DNA from: Hyphomonas sp.
GTDB taxonomy: Bacteria > Pseudomonadota > Alphaproteobacteria > Caulobacterales > Hyphomonadaceae
DNA: 64,000 nt
Assembly: GCA_016124495.1 (NCBI GenBank)
Contig: WGNP01000014.1
Location: 36,442-100,441 of the forward strand
Direction: 5' to 3'
Of the stretch, positions 20,472 through 30,999 are shown one piece after another. Position 1 is the first letter of the stretch, and each line of letters begins with the position of its first letter. The notes beneath the pieces were generated by a model, which searched no databases, had not been told where the DNA came from, and saw nothing but the letters and a program-made list of their open reading frames with translations. A program made the position numbers and the translations under genes.

Positions 20472-20882
20472 TCAGGCCTGGGGGCGGGGGAAAGCGAACA
20501 ATCGCCAGGCGGTGATCAGCAGGAAAACGCCGATGGCTGCGTGGCGCAGGAGCGTGGACGTGGGCGCGCCGGCGGACTGGGCGAGCAGGAAATCGCCGAC
20601 GGGCAGCGCGGCGCCGAGCAGCGCCACCCAGCCAACCAGCCGAAATTGGCGCGCCGCCAGCAGCAGAGCGATTATGGCGGCGATCAATCCGGTGCGCAGC
20701 GCATAGACGATGACCCAGGGCGCATCTTCGGGGCTGGCGAGCGGCGCGCCGAAATAGCCGGAGAAGGCGGCGGGCGCGAGGAGGCTGCGGACGGTGTTCA
20801 CGGCGAGGAAGGCGGCGACGATCACCGCGAGCCAGAAGCCGGAACTGCGATAGGGCGAGGGGGAGGCGGGGGACGAGGGCAT
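20472..20882 (-). CDS. Small membrane protein, DUF4267-like
   Basis: Four hydrophobic helices, YALRTG, GDFLL, HAAIG. Confidence 0.6.
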   Translation of the reverse strand: MPSSPASPSPYRSSGFWLAVIVAAFLAVNTVRSLLAPAAFSGYFGAPLASPEDAPWVIVYALRTGLIAAIIALLLAARQFRLVGWVALLGAALPVGDFLLAQSAGAPTSTLLRHAAIGVFLLITAWRLFAFPRPQA

Positions 20883-20981
20883 GCGCGGGCCTTGCATTTG
20901 GCCGCTGAATGCTAACCGCTTTCAGCCCTTGGGCGCGCACGCGGAATTGCACGCATGAGTGAAATCTGCTCATCTGTCGGC

Positions 20982-21920
20982 ATGACGCGTTCCCAGCTGC
21001 CGCCGCTCGCCTCGCTGAGGGCTTTTGAAGCCGCTGCCCGGCTTGGCAGTTTCCGTGAGGCGGCGCGGGAGCTCGGCGTTACGCCGTCCGCGATCAGCCA
21101 TCAGGTCCGCCAGCTGGAGGCCGATCTGGGCGTTGTATTGTTCCAGCGGGCGGTGCGTGCGGTGCGGCTGACAGCTGCGGGTGAAGCGCTGGCACGGGAC
21201 GCATCGGATGCGTTCGACCGTCTGGGCGCGAGCGTGTCCCGCCTGCGCGCGCAGGAGGGCGACGCGCGACTGCGCATCAGCGCGCTGCCGCTGATCACCG
21301 ATGCGTGGCTGACACCGCGGCTCGAAGATTTCCAGAAACGGTATCCCGATCTCAGCCTCGAAATCGAGACATCGAACCGCGTTGCTGATCTGTATACGGA
21401 AGATGTGGACCTCGCGATCCGCAACATCTATGCTCCGGATCCGGGCCTCAGATCCTACAAGCTGATCGACCTGCACGCCTTGCCGGTGTGTGCGCCAGAG
21501 ATTGCGGCGCGGCTGAAGACCCCTTCCGATCTGGCCAAGGAAACGCTCATCCATATCAGTTCGCGCAAGGCGGGCTGGCTGGACTGGCTGGCGTCAGCCG
21601 GTGTCCCTGGCATGAAGCCCCGCTCGCATCTGGCGTTTGATTCCGTCCCCTCCGCGCTCGAAGCAGCGGCGCAGGGGCGGGGCGTCACGCTCGGCGTGCT
21701 GCCACTGCTGTGGGAGGCGCCCACGGCCCGCGCGCTCGTGCTGCCGTTCAGCGGTCCGACGCTCTCCGCCGGGACATATTACCTTGTGCACCGGAAAGAA
21801 GACGCTGCACGCCCGGCCGTTGCGGCGTTTGCTCAGTGGATGACGGCGGCAATGCGCGGCGACAAGCGACGCCTGGAGCGTATCAACCGGCAGCAGTTGC
21901 CGCCAGCGCCCGTTCGGTGA
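20982..21920 (+). CDS. LysR family regulator (GcvA-like)
   Basis: LPPLASLRAFEAAARLGSF..AARELGVTPSAISHQVRQLE HTH; divergent from the DUF4267-ADH pair. Confidence 0.93.
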   Translation: MTRSQLPPLASLRAFEAAARLGSFREAARELGVTPSAISHQVRQLEADLGVVLFQRAVRAVRLTAAGEALARDASDAFDRLGASVSRLRAQEGDARLRISALPLITDAWLTPRLEDFQKRYPDLSLEIETSNRVADLYTEDVDLAIRNIYAPDPGLRSYKLIDLHALPVCAPEIAARLKTPSDLAKETLIHISSRKAGWLDWLASAGVPGMKPRSHLAFDSVPSALEAAAQGRGVTLGVLPLLWEAPTARALVLPFSGPTLSAGTYYLVHRKEDAARPAVAAFAQWMTAAMRGDKRRLERINRQQLPPAPVR

Positions 21921-22637
21921 TCAGAGCCGGTTGGTGGCGTGGCCGCCCCGGCTCCAGCGCAGGAAGGGTGGCCCCTGGACCGTGCCGGGCTTGTCCAGCC
22001 GCTCGCCGATCTCGCCCAGCATGAAGCGGGTGACGGAGGGCAGGTCGAGCTTCAGGGCGTCTGCCAGGGTCACCCATTGCAGGTCGGACAGTTCGGCGCC
22101 GTCGACCGGTGGGCGCTCGTCGATCAGCGCCAGTTCCGCCTCGGCCATGAAAAAGCGGGCATCGAAGCGTTTCGGCCGGTAGGGCGGGGTGACGGCCCGG
22201 CCGATGAAGACCAGCGGCGAGAGGACCGGGGCAATCTGCATCCTGTGGAATTCTTCCCAGCCCGGCGGCGGCGCGCCCGGCATCTCGCCGGAGCGGCCAA
22301 CGATCAGCCCTGTTTCCTCGAACGTTTCGCGGATGGCGGTCAGCGCGAAGGCGCGCGGGGCACGGCGTGACTGCACGCGCAGCTTCGCCTCGACGTCCGG
22401 GTGTAACTCTTCCGAGGCGGCGGCCTTGCCGTCCTTCGGATCGACGCGGCCGCCGGGGAACACATACTTGTCGGGCATGAACGTGTTGGTGACCGCACGC
22501 TTGCCCATCAGCACCCGCGGCTGCACCTGGTCGCGTCGCACGAGGATCAGCGTCGCGGCGTCGCGCGGCCGGGGGCTCGGCACGCCTTTGATCACGACGT
22601 CGCCGTCTTCTTCTTTATCGTAAGCGCGTTTCAGCAT
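21921..22637 (-). CDS. NUDIX hydrolase
   Basis: PRDAATLIL, YVFPGGRVD, TAIRETFEETG, RFDARFF. Confidence 0.88.
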   Translation of the reverse strand: MLKRAYDKEEDGDVVIKGVPSPRPRDAATLILVRRDQVQPRVLMGKRAVTNTFMPDKYVFPGGRVDPKDGKAAASEELHPDVEAKLRVQSRRAPRAFALTAIRETFEETGLIVGRSGEMPGAPPPGWEEFHRMQIAPVLSPLVFIGRAVTPPYRPKRFDARFFMAEAELALIDERPPVDGAELSDLQWVTLADALKLDLPSVTRFMLGEIGERLDKPGTVQGPPFLRWSRGGHATNRL

Positions 22638-22755
22638 GCGTGTCATTTTCGATGCCAATCCGGCGAAAGCAAGACGGACCGAGGTATGACGCCGCGTCAC
22701 GCCTGGATCCGTTCAACTGCACGATTGCAGACAAAGAGTGGATTGCGGACAGAAG

Positions 22756-25044
22756 CTACCGGCGCTTCTTCTTCCCGGCGCCGGGGGGCAAGGTGCGCTT
22801 ATTGAATTTCGGCTTGCCGCGACGGGGCGGGCCGCCGCCACCTGCGCGGCTTGCGCGCGGGCCATCCGAGTCGCGGCTGATCGCCTTGCGGGCGGCGCTG
22901 CGGCCGGCGGGAGCGGGCAGGGGATCGGAGATCATCTCCAGAAGAAGGCCGCCCTGCAGGGGTGTGACCTCCTTCAGACGCACACGGACGATCTGGCCGA
23001 GCGAGAAAGTCTTGCCAGAGCCGCGCGCATAGACCGCCATCGCGGCGGCGTCGTGCACCCAGTATTCATCCGAAAGGGACGAGATCGGCACGAACCCATC
23101 GGCGCCTGAGCCGGCCAGCGCTGCGAACAAGCCGGCTGGTGTGACGCCCGTGATGCGCGCCTCGAACTCGGCCCCGACGCGGTCAGCGAGGAAGATCGCG
23201 AGGTAGCGATCCGTCGCATCACGCTCGGCAGCCATCGAGCGGCGCTCGGTCATCGAGATATGACTGGCAATGTCTTCGAGCCGCGCGGCGGAGCGTTCCG
23301 ACAGGCCGTCCGGGCCGAAGTCATGCGCAGTGATCAATGCACGGTGCACGACAAGGTCTGCATACCGGCGGATCGGTGAGGTGAAGTGCGAATAACGCGC
23401 GAGGTTCAGGCCGAAGTGGCCAAGGTTTTCTTCCGAATAGATCGCCTGCGCCTGAGAGCGCAGCACCATCTGCTGGATCATGCCTTCGTAATCGCCGCCG
23501 CGGATTTCAGCGAGCAGCCTGTTGAACCTGTGCGTCTGCGGACGTTCGCCGATGTTCCATTTCATGTCGAGCGTCTGCAGGAACTCTGCAAATGCGGCGA
23601 TCTTGGCGTCCGACGGCGTATCGTGCACGCGGTAGACGACCGGCGCCTGTTTCTGCTCGAGCGTCTCGGCGGCGGCGACGTTCGCCTGGATCATGAACTC
23701 TTCGATCAGGCGGTGCGCCTCAAGGCGTTCCTTTGTGGTAATGCCGGTGATCTCGCCTTCCGGATTGAACAGGATCCGGCGTTCCGGCATGTCGAGATCG
23801 AGCGGGCTGCGCGCGTCACGGGCCTTCGAGACGGCGGCGTAGGCGCCCCAGAGGGGCTTGAGGACGGTGTCGAGGATCTCGCCGGCCTTGCCGCCCGGCT
23901 TGCCGTCGATGGCGGCCTGCGCCTCTTCATAGGCGAGCTTTGCGGCCGAGCGCATGTTGGCGCGCAGGAAGCGGTGGGAGCGCTTGTTGCCATCCCTGGA
24001 GAAGATCATCTCCGCCACCAGGCAGGGGCGCAGTTCGCCTTCCTTCAGCGAACAGGCGTCGGCCGAGAGTTCGAATGGAAGCATCGGCACGACGCGGTCC
24101 GGGAAATAGGTCGAGTTGCCCCGCTTCTCGGCTTCCTTGTCGAGGGCAGAGCCTTCGGTGACGTAGGCTGAGACATCGGCAATCGCGACGAGGACTTTCC
24201 AGCCATCTGGGAGTTCCTGGGCATAGACGGCGTCGTCATGGTCGCGCGCGTCATGCGGGTCGATGGTGATGAGCGGGATGCCCGTGAGATCCGTGCGCGC
24301 AACTTTCGCGGGTTCCCTGGTCTTCGCCTCAGCGAGCACCTCTTCCGGAAAGTCGACCGGGATGTCGTTCGCATAGATCGCGATCAGGCTGGCCGAGCGG
24401 GCGTCCGTGATATGGCCGATCACTTCCCTGATGACGCCCAGCGGCGGGCCGTAGTGGCGGCGGCCTTCGGGTTTCGGCTCAGCAATCACAAGATCGCCGT
24501 CGCCGGCGCCCTTGCGGTCGGCTTCCGGGATCAGCAGTTCGCGGCGCTCCTTGCGGCTCGCCGGGGTGACGCGTCCGCCATGCGGGGTCTTGTTATAGAG
24601 GCCGACGATCCGCTCGCTGACACGCTTTTCCAGCAGCGTAACAACATAGGCGCGCCAGGAGCCATCCTCGCGCCCGGAAATCTTGCACACCGCCCGGTCG
24701 CCCTTGCCGGGCGCGCGAGAGCGGGACTTGCCGGAGGGGCCGCCATAGATCACTTCCGGTCCGAACAGGCCGTGGTCACCGACGCACTGGCCGATCAGGT
24801 CGCCCTCGCGGGTGAGGCGCGTGAATTCGACGAGGCCGCTTGGTGGCGGGCGGTCGGTCTGCGCGAAGCTGCGCTTGCCTGTGCGCTCCAGCTTGCCTTC
24901 ACGCTCCAGTTCCTCGAGCACTTCGCGCAGGATGGCGCGCTCCTTGCCCTTCACCCTGAGGCCCCGGGCGATATCGGCCTTGGACGTGGCGGCGGGGTTT
25001 TCCTTCAGGAAATCAAGGACAGTCTTGCGGTCTGGAAAGCTCAT
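22756..25044 (-). CDS. rnr: Ribonuclease R
   Basis: ITIDPHDARDHDDAV, HFTSPIRRYADL, C-terminal S1 domain and basic tail. Confidence 0.97.
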   Translation of the reverse strand: MSFPDRKTVLDFLKENPAATSKADIARGLRVKGKERAILREVLEELEREGKLERTGKRSFAQTDRPPPSGLVEFTRLTREGDLIGQCVGDHGLFGPEVIYGGPSGKSRSRAPGKGDRAVCKISGREDGSWRAYVVTLLEKRVSERIVGLYNKTPHGGRVTPASRKERRELLIPEADRKGAGDGDLVIAEPKPEGRRHYGPPLGVIREVIGHITDARSASLIAIYANDIPVDFPEEVLAEAKTREPAKVARTDLTGIPLITIDPHDARDHDDAVYAQELPDGWKVLVAIADVSAYVTEGSALDKEAEKRGNSTYFPDRVVPMLPFELSADACSLKEGELRPCLVAEMIFSRDGNKRSHRFLRANMRSAAKLAYEEAQAAIDGKPGGKAGEILDTVLKPLWGAYAAVSKARDARSPLDLDMPERRILFNPEGEITGITTKERLEAHRLIEEFMIQANVAAAETLEQKQAPVVYRVHDTPSDAKIAAFAEFLQTLDMKWNIGERPQTHRFNRLLAEIRGGDYEGMIQQMVLRSQAQAIYSEENLGHFGLNLARYSHFTSPIRRYADLVVHRALITAHDFGPDGLSERSAARLEDIASHISMTERRSMAAERDATDRYLAIFLADRVGAEFEARITGVTPAGLFAALAGSGADGFVPISSLSDEYWVHDAAAMAVYARGSGKTFSLGQIVRVRLKEVTPLQGGLLLEMISDPLPAPAGRSAARKAISRDSDGPRASRAGGGGPPRRGKPKFNKRTLPPGAGKKKRR

Positions 25045-25096
25045 GGGGCCGCATATAGGGGAGTTTGCGGCGGAATGCGCGGGGAAAAAGCGGGCG

Positions 25097-25783
25097 CTAG
25101 CTTCCCGCCCGCGCCGCTGGCAGGCTCAGCACGTCCAGCGGCTTGAGCGCGAAGGAGCCTGCCTGGCCGCCCCAGTCGCCGAGGAGGACTTCGTAGTGGA
25201 GGTGGCGCGCGATTTTATAGGAGGCGGTGTTGCCCATCAGGCCGATGACCTCGCCCGCGCGCACGTTCTGGCCGACTTTGATGCCGGCGCCGGATTCCTG
25301 CAGGTGGGCGTAGCGGGTGAACACGCCGTTGCCATGATCGATGACGAGCTGGTTGCCGAAATCATCCCGGTACGACAACTCCTTCACGGTGCCTGCGGCG
25401 GCAGCGTAGATGTCCACGGCGTCGCGGCTGTAATAGTCAATCCCCTTGTGGTTGCTGAAGCTGCGCGGGCCGAAGCCGGAGGAGAAGCAGGCCGCTTCCA
25501 CCGGCGCGGTCGCGAGCGTGACCTTGCCGGATGCCACGACGAACGGGGTGTAGCCGGTCATCTGCAGGTTTTCGTCCGTGTCCGGACGGTTAGAGACTGT
25601 CATGCCGGGGCAGACTGACATCGCCGCGGGAAACACGTTCTTCGCAGGCTGCTTCGGTTTTGCCGGTGGCGGCTTCGTCGCTTCGGCTTCGGGCGGCGGG
25701 GGGCGGACCACTTCGCTGGTCGCGCAGGCAGCCACGATAAGTGTAAAACCCAGCGATATCGCGTGGAGTGGTTTCAGTTCCAT
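25097..25783 (-). CDS. M23 family metallopeptidase lipoprotein
   Basis: Lipobox IVAAC; HKGID, YAHL and HLHYEV M23 motifs. Confidence 0.88.
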   Translation of the reverse strand: MELKPLHAISLGFTLIVAACATSEVVRPPPPEAEATKPPPAKPKQPAKNVFPAAMSVCPGMTVSNRPDTDENLQMTGYTPFVVASGKVTLATAPVEAACFSSGFGPRSFSNHKGIDYYSRDAVDIYAAAAGTVKELSYRDDFGNQLVIDHGNGVFTRYAHLQESGAGIKVGQNVRAGEVIGLMGNTASYKIARHLHYEVLLGDWGGQAGSFALKPLDVLSLPAARAGS

Positions 25784-25892
25784 CAGCGCGTTACCCCCTT
25801 GAAACCAAGAGCTGACCCTACGCCGGAACCAAAGGCGGGGCAATTGCTCCGCGAGATTACAAAAGTGTTACCGAATGGGCGAGGGGCCCGGT

Positions 25893-28493
25893 TCAGGCGT
25901 CGGCCTTCTTTGCCGCCGGCTTCTTTTTCGCGGGCGCCTTCCTGGCAGCGGCGGGCTTCCTGGTCGGCGCTTTCTTCGGCGCAGCCTTTTTCCTGCTGGT
26001 GCCGGAGCCTGCCTTGGCGTTGACGAGTTCAAGCGCCGCTTCGAGCGTTACCGTCTCCGGCGCCATCTCTTTCGGCAGCGTGGCGTTGACCTTGCCCCAC
26101 TTCACATAAGGCCCGTACTTGCCTGCGAATACTTCGACAGGGCCGCCATCCGGGTGGTCGCCCAGCGTCTTCAGGGCCGCGACACCGCCGCGTCCGCCGC
26201 CGCCGGCCGCCGCTTTCGCGCGCTTGTCGGCAATCAGGTCCACCGCGCGGTTGATGCCGATGGAGAAGACCTCGGTCGGATCTTTCAGGTTCGCGTAGGT
26301 CTTGCCGTGCTGCACGTAGGGTCCGAAGCGGCCGAAATTGGCGAGGATCATCTCGCCATCTTCCGGGTGCAGACCAATCTCTCGCGGCAGGCTGAGCAGC
26401 TCGACAGCACGCGACAGGGTCAATGTGTCCGGGCTGTCAGCCTTGGCAAGGCTGGCGCGTTTCGGCTTCTCGCCGTTGGCCATCTCGACATAGGGCCCGA
26501 ACCGACCGGATTTCAGCAGGATCATCTCGCCCTTCTCGGGGTGGATGCCGATCTCGTTGCCGTCCGGGTTGATCGCGCTCTCGCCGCCTTCGGCGGAGAA
26601 CTGGCGCGTGTACTTGCACTCGGGATGGCGCGAGCAGCCGACAAAGGCGCCGAACTTGCCGAGCTTCATCGACAGCTCGCCCTCCTTGCAGAGCGGGCAT
26701 TGGCGCGGGTTCCCGATAGCGTTGCCTTCGGCGTCCGTGCGCGGGAACACATAGGCGCCCAGCGTCTCGTTCAGTGCATCGAGCACATGCGTGACGCGCA
26801 GGTCCCTGGTGCCGTCGATGTCTATAGCGAACTGTTTCCAGAAGTCCCGCAGGAAGGCTTTCCAGTCGAGCTTTCCATCCGAGATGACGTCGAGTTTTTC
26901 TTCGAGGCCGGCGGTGAAGTCATATTCCACGTAGCGCGCGAAGAAGTTCTCCAGGAAGGCGGTAACCAGGCGGCCTTTGTCCTCCGGTACCAGCGCCTTG
27001 GCTTCTACGCGGACATAGCCGCGGTCTTCCAGCGTCGACATGGTGGAGGCATAGGTGGACGGGCGGCCGATGCCGAGTTCCTCGAGCCGCTTGACCAGCG
27101 AGGCTTCGGTGTAGCGGGGCGGGGGCGTCGTGAAGGACTGGTTAGCGTCGGCCTTCAGAAGGTCCGCATGCTGACCTTCCATCATCTTGGGAAGGCGGCC
27201 TTCGGCGTCGTCGTCATCATCACCGGCGTCATGACCTTCGGTATAGAGCTTGATATAGCCATCGAACACGACGACCTGGCCGGTCGCGCGCAGGACGGCG
27301 CGCTTGTCTTTAGAGGCGAGGTCGATGGTCGTGCGTTCGAACAGCGCCGCCTCCATCTGGGAGGCCACTGCGCGGCGCCAGATGAGGGTGTAGAGTTTCT
27401 TCAGGTCGCCTTCGCCGTGATACTCCTCGGGGCGCAGGTTGAAGTCGGTCGGGCGCACCGCCTCGTGGGCCTCCTGCGCGTTCTTCGCTTTCGAGGAATA
27501 GCGCCTCGTGTTTTCCGGCAGGTAGCGCGCACCATAGTTGGACTGGATCATTGCCCGGGCGGCGACATAGGCCTCCTCGGCCATGTTGACGCCGTCGGTC
27601 CGCATGTAGGTGATGCGGCCTTCTTCATAGAGTCTCTGGGCCGCCTGCATCGTGCGCTTGGCATTGAAGCCGAGCTTGCGGCTCGCTTCCTGCTGCAGCG
27701 TTGAGGTAATGAACGGCGGCGGCGGATTGCGCTTCACCGGCCTGGCTTCCACGCTGGCGACCGAATAGCCGCCTGTCTTGACGATCTCCAGCGCGCGGTC
27801 GGCGTCGCCCTTGGTGCCGAGGGTGAACTTCTTCAGCGTGTCGCCATTCAGACTGTAAAGACGGGCCGTGAAGGCCGTGCCGTCCGGCGCGCGCAGTTCG
27901 CACTCTATGTTCCAGTATTCCTGCGGGCGGAACAGTTCGATCTCGTTCTCGCGGTCGCAGACGATGCGCAGCGCCACCGATTGCACGCGCCCCGCCGAAC
28001 GGGAACCCGGCAGCTTGCGCCAGAGCACGGGGGAGAGGTTGAAGCCGACGAGGTAGTCGAGGGCGCGGCGGGCGAGGTAGGCGTCGACCAGTTCGGCATC
28101 GATCTGGCGCGGGTGTTCCATCGCGGTGGTCACGGCGCTCCTGGTAATCGCGTTGAACACGACGCGCTCGACCGCGATGTCCTTCTTCAGTGCCCGGCGC
28201 TTCTTCAGCGCCTCGACTATGTGCCAGGAGATGGCTTCGCCCTCGCGGTCAGGGTCGGTCGCGAGGATGAGTGTGTCGGCGTCTTTCAGGGCGTTCGCGA
28301 TGTCGGAAATGCGCTTGGCGGATTTGGCATCCGCCTCCCACACCATCTCGAAATCATTGTCCGGATCAACCGAGCCGTTCTTCGAGGGAAGGTCGCGGAT
28401 ATGCCCATAGGAGGCCAGGACCTTATAGTCCTTGCCCAGGTACTTGTTGATCGTTTTGGCCTTGGCGGGCGACTCGACGACGACAAGTTTCAT
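25893..28493 (-). CDS. topA: DNA topoisomerase I
   Basis: LVVVESPAKAK, ATDPDREGE, SAGRVQS, ITYMRTD, one Zn ribbon, C-terminal repeats. Confidence 0.98.
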   Translation of the reverse strand: MKLVVVESPAKAKTINKYLGKDYKVLASYGHIRDLPSKNGSVDPDNDFEMVWEADAKSAKRISDIANALKDADTLILATDPDREGEAISWHIVEALKKRRALKKDIAVERVVFNAITRSAVTTAMEHPRQIDAELVDAYLARRALDYLVGFNLSPVLWRKLPGSRSAGRVQSVALRIVCDRENEIELFRPQEYWNIECELRAPDGTAFTARLYSLNGDTLKKFTLGTKGDADRALEIVKTGGYSVASVEARPVKRNPPPPFITSTLQQEASRKLGFNAKRTMQAAQRLYEEGRITYMRTDGVNMAEEAYVAARAMIQSNYGARYLPENTRRYSSKAKNAQEAHEAVRPTDFNLRPEEYHGEGDLKKLYTLIWRRAVASQMEAALFERTTIDLASKDKRAVLRATGQVVVFDGYIKLYTEGHDAGDDDDDAEGRLPKMMEGQHADLLKADANQSFTTPPPRYTEASLVKRLEELGIGRPSTYASTMSTLEDRGYVRVEAKALVPEDKGRLVTAFLENFFARYVEYDFTAGLEEKLDVISDGKLDWKAFLRDFWKQFAIDIDGTRDLRVTHVLDALNETLGAYVFPRTDAEGNAIGNPRQCPLCKEGELSMKLGKFGAFVGCSRHPECKYTRQFSAEGGESAINPDGNEIGIHPEKGEMILLKSGRFGPYVEMANGEKPKRASLAKADSPDTLTLSRAVELLSLPREIGLHPEDGEMILANFGRFGPYVQHGKTYANLKDPTEVFSIGINRAVDLIADKRAKAAAGGGGRGGVAALKTLGDHPDGGPVEVFAGKYGPYVKWGKVNATLPKEMAPETVTLEAALELVNAKAGSGTSRKKAAPKKAPTRKPAAARKAPAKKKPAAKKADA

Positions 28494-28618
28494 ACGCTTT
28501 TCCAGTCAATATATGGTCGCGGCGTTTTCCCGAAAACCGGTTGCCAGTTTTAAGAACGCCGCTCTAAGGGCGGCAGAGATGGTCCGGGGGGCAGGGCCAT
28601 GTCAAGGCTGCAGCCGAG

Positions 28619-29734
28619 TTAGCCGTCTTCGCGGTAAGCGATGAACGCAAGGCTAACGAACAGCACAAAGAGGGGCGGTGACCAGGCCGCAACCGGCGGC
28701 GGCGCCGCGCCTGTGGCCCCAAGGCTGGCGGAGAACTGGGTGAAGAAATACAGGCCCACGGCGGCCAGGACACCGGTGGCCAGAAGCTGCGATGTGCCGC
28801 CCAGCCGCTGCAGGCGCAGGCAGGCGAGGGCCCCGATCAGGGCCATGGCGACGAACAGGACGGGGGTCGCGGTGAGGGTGTACCAGCGCATCGTGTAGCG
28901 CGAGGCATCGAGGCCGGCCGCGCGGGTTTCGTATATGAAACCCGGCAGGTCCCAGAAGCCGATGGTGTTGGGCGAGGCGAACTTGTCGAGCAGGGTCACC
29001 GCGTCCAGCGAGGTCGGGATGGCCAGGCTGTCCTTGCGTTCCGGCGGCAGGTTCGGAAGGTTTTCGACGAGGTTTTCCAGCTGCCAGAAGCCGTCATTCA
29101 GCGTCGCCCGTTCGGCGTCGATGCGGCGCACGAAGGCGAAATCGCTTGTGGGACGACGACCATCATACAGGCGCTGCTCCTCGATCAGTTTCACGTCCAG
29201 AAGCGTGCGCCCGGAATCCTGCACCTGCCGCGCGTGGATCACGAACTGGCTCGTATCATCGCCCTGCCGCAGCCAGATTCCGGTATCGGCGACCGCCAGC
29301 GTTTCCTGCCCGATCTGCAGCAGCCGCGCGCGTTCGAACTCGAAAGATTGCGTCAGGCGCGCCGCAAACGGGTTGAGCACCAGTGATGAGAATATGCCGA
29401 GACCGGCTGCCAGCACGATAACCGGCGTCAGGAAGCGCCAGGCCGAAAGGCCGCTCGCCCGGATGATCGAGAGCTCGGACCGGCGGTTGAGGCGGGTGAA
29501 GGCCAGCATGCTCGCGGCCAGCAGCGCGAAGGGCAGCGTCTGCTCGATCAGCAGCGGCAGTTTCATCAAGGACAGGCGCAGCGCACTGAGCAGGCTGAGG
29601 CTGACATCGCCGCCGACGGTACGCATCTGCTCGACCACGTCGATCAGCAGGATCGCCAGCACCAGTACGCCGAGTACCAGTACGAGGCCAGAGAGGCATT
29701 CCTTCAGGATGTAGCGCTGGATCCGCGACAGCAT
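28619..29734 (-). CDS. lptG: LPS export ABC permease LptG
   Basis: YjgP/YjgQ-type topology; RRSELSIIRASGLS, GIWLRQ; second gene of the pair. Confidence 0.88.
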   Translation of the reverse strand: MLSRIQRYILKECLSGLVLVLGVLVLAILLIDVVEQMRTVGGDVSLSLLSALRLSLMKLPLLIEQTLPFALLAASMLAFTRLNRRSELSIIRASGLSAWRFLTPVIVLAAGLGIFSSLVLNPFAARLTQSFEFERARLLQIGQETLAVADTGIWLRQGDDTSQFVIHARQVQDSGRTLLDVKLIEEQRLYDGRRPTSDFAFVRRIDAERATLNDGFWQLENLVENLPNLPPERKDSLAIPTSLDAVTLLDKFASPNTIGFWDLPGFIYETRAAGLDASRYTMRWYTLTATPVLFVAMALIGALACLRLQRLGGTSQLLATGVLAAVGLYFFTQFSASLGATGAAPPPVAAWSPPLFVLFVSLAFIAYREDG

Positions 29735-30876
29735 CACGCTATCGCCTCCTGCCGGTCGGCGAGCAGATTGCCGCGCGGTGGAGGGCGTTTGCCGATATGA
29801 CGGCCGCGTGCGAAATAGACCCAGCAGAGCCCGCCCAGCGCAACCAGCGGCACGGCCCATTGCGCAATGTTGAGCGCCGGATCGCTCGCGGCCGCCGATT
29901 GCAGGGCGAGCTGCACCACCAGGATCACGGCCGCAGCCGCCGAGGCGATGCCGATCCGCCGGCCATAGCCCTGCCGGCTGAAATCTCCGCCCAGCACAGC
30001 CAGGATCGCCAGCATGGCCATCACGATGTTCAGCAACGGGGTGGTCAGGCGCGCATTGGCCTCGGCGAGGAAGCCATCGGCTTCCTTGTTCTGGAAATAG
30101 TCCTTCCGGTCGACGAAGAAGAGTTCATGCAGGTATTTGTCGGACGCCTTGAGGATCAGTTCGGCGTCTTCCTTCATGAAGTCCGTCAGGTCGAACATGT
30201 ACTGATCGAACTCGAGGATCGACAGTTGCATGTTCTCGTCGAGCTGCTGGCTCAGCGCGTCGCGCAGCAGGAGCGTCGGCTTGCCGTCGACGCTGACCAG
30301 CGCAGCGGTGCGCGCCAGGATGTCTGTCGGGAAGGCGGGGTCGGTCATATCGGAAATCATGACCCCGCGCAGTTCGCCGCCCACCTGTTCGCGCGCATAG
30401 AAGGTCAGCCGCTCGCCATTGGTGGTGAACTGGCCGGGCCGGATCAGGGCTGCGGCAAGGTCGGCGCGCGCCATGGCAACCGCCTCGCGCATGGTGCGCT
30501 GGGCGGCGGGCTGGACCCAGAGGTTCACGGCAAGGTGCATCACCGCGCATATCAGCGCCAGCCGGAGGATAGGCGAGGCGACCTGCCAGCGGGTCATGCC
30601 GGCCGCCTGCGCCACCACGATCTCGGAATCCTTGTGGATGCGGTTCAGCGACCAGACCGTGCCGACGAAGATCGCCAGCGGGGTCAGCAGCGCCACGACC
30701 TGCGGCGAACCGAGCATCACGATATAGAAGTAAGTGAGGGCCGATTGCCGGTTTTCGAGGATCAGGTCGGTCCGCGACAGGCCCTGGGCCAGCAGCGCCA
30801 TCATCACGAGCCCGCCCACGATGATCACCACCGCCTGCAGGATCTGACGGAACAGATGAGCCTGGATTTTCGTCAT
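29734..30876 (-). CDS. lptF: LPS export ABC permease LptF
   Basis: DSEIVVAQAAGM, IRPGQF; divergent from pepA; TGATG coupling to lptG. Confidence 0.88.
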   Translation of the reverse strand: MTKIQAHLFRQILQAVVIIVGGLVMMALLAQGLSRTDLILENRQSALTYFYIVMLGSPQVVALLTPLAIFVGTVWSLNRIHKDSEIVVAQAAGMTRWQVASPILRLALICAVMHLAVNLWVQPAAQRTMREAVAMARADLAAALIRPGQFTTNGERLTFYAREQVGGELRGVMISDMTDPAFPTDILARTAALVSVDGKPTLLLRDALSQQLDENMQLSILEFDQYMFDLTDFMKEDAELILKASDKYLHELFFVDRKDYFQNKEADGFLAEANARLTTPLLNIVMAMLAILAVLGGDFSRQGYGRRIGIASAAAAVILVVQLALQSAAASDPALNIAQWAVPLVALGGLCWVYFARGRHIGKRPPPRGNLLADRQEAIA

Positions 30877-30999
30877 CTTTGGCGGGGTGCGACGCTCTAT
30901 CTTGTTAAAACAGGCGGTTAAGGGCTGCTATTTCCCTTGCTAACGAGTTGCGCTTGGCGCGTCGATGCTTAGTTTCCGCTCACAACGGAGTTTCGACAC

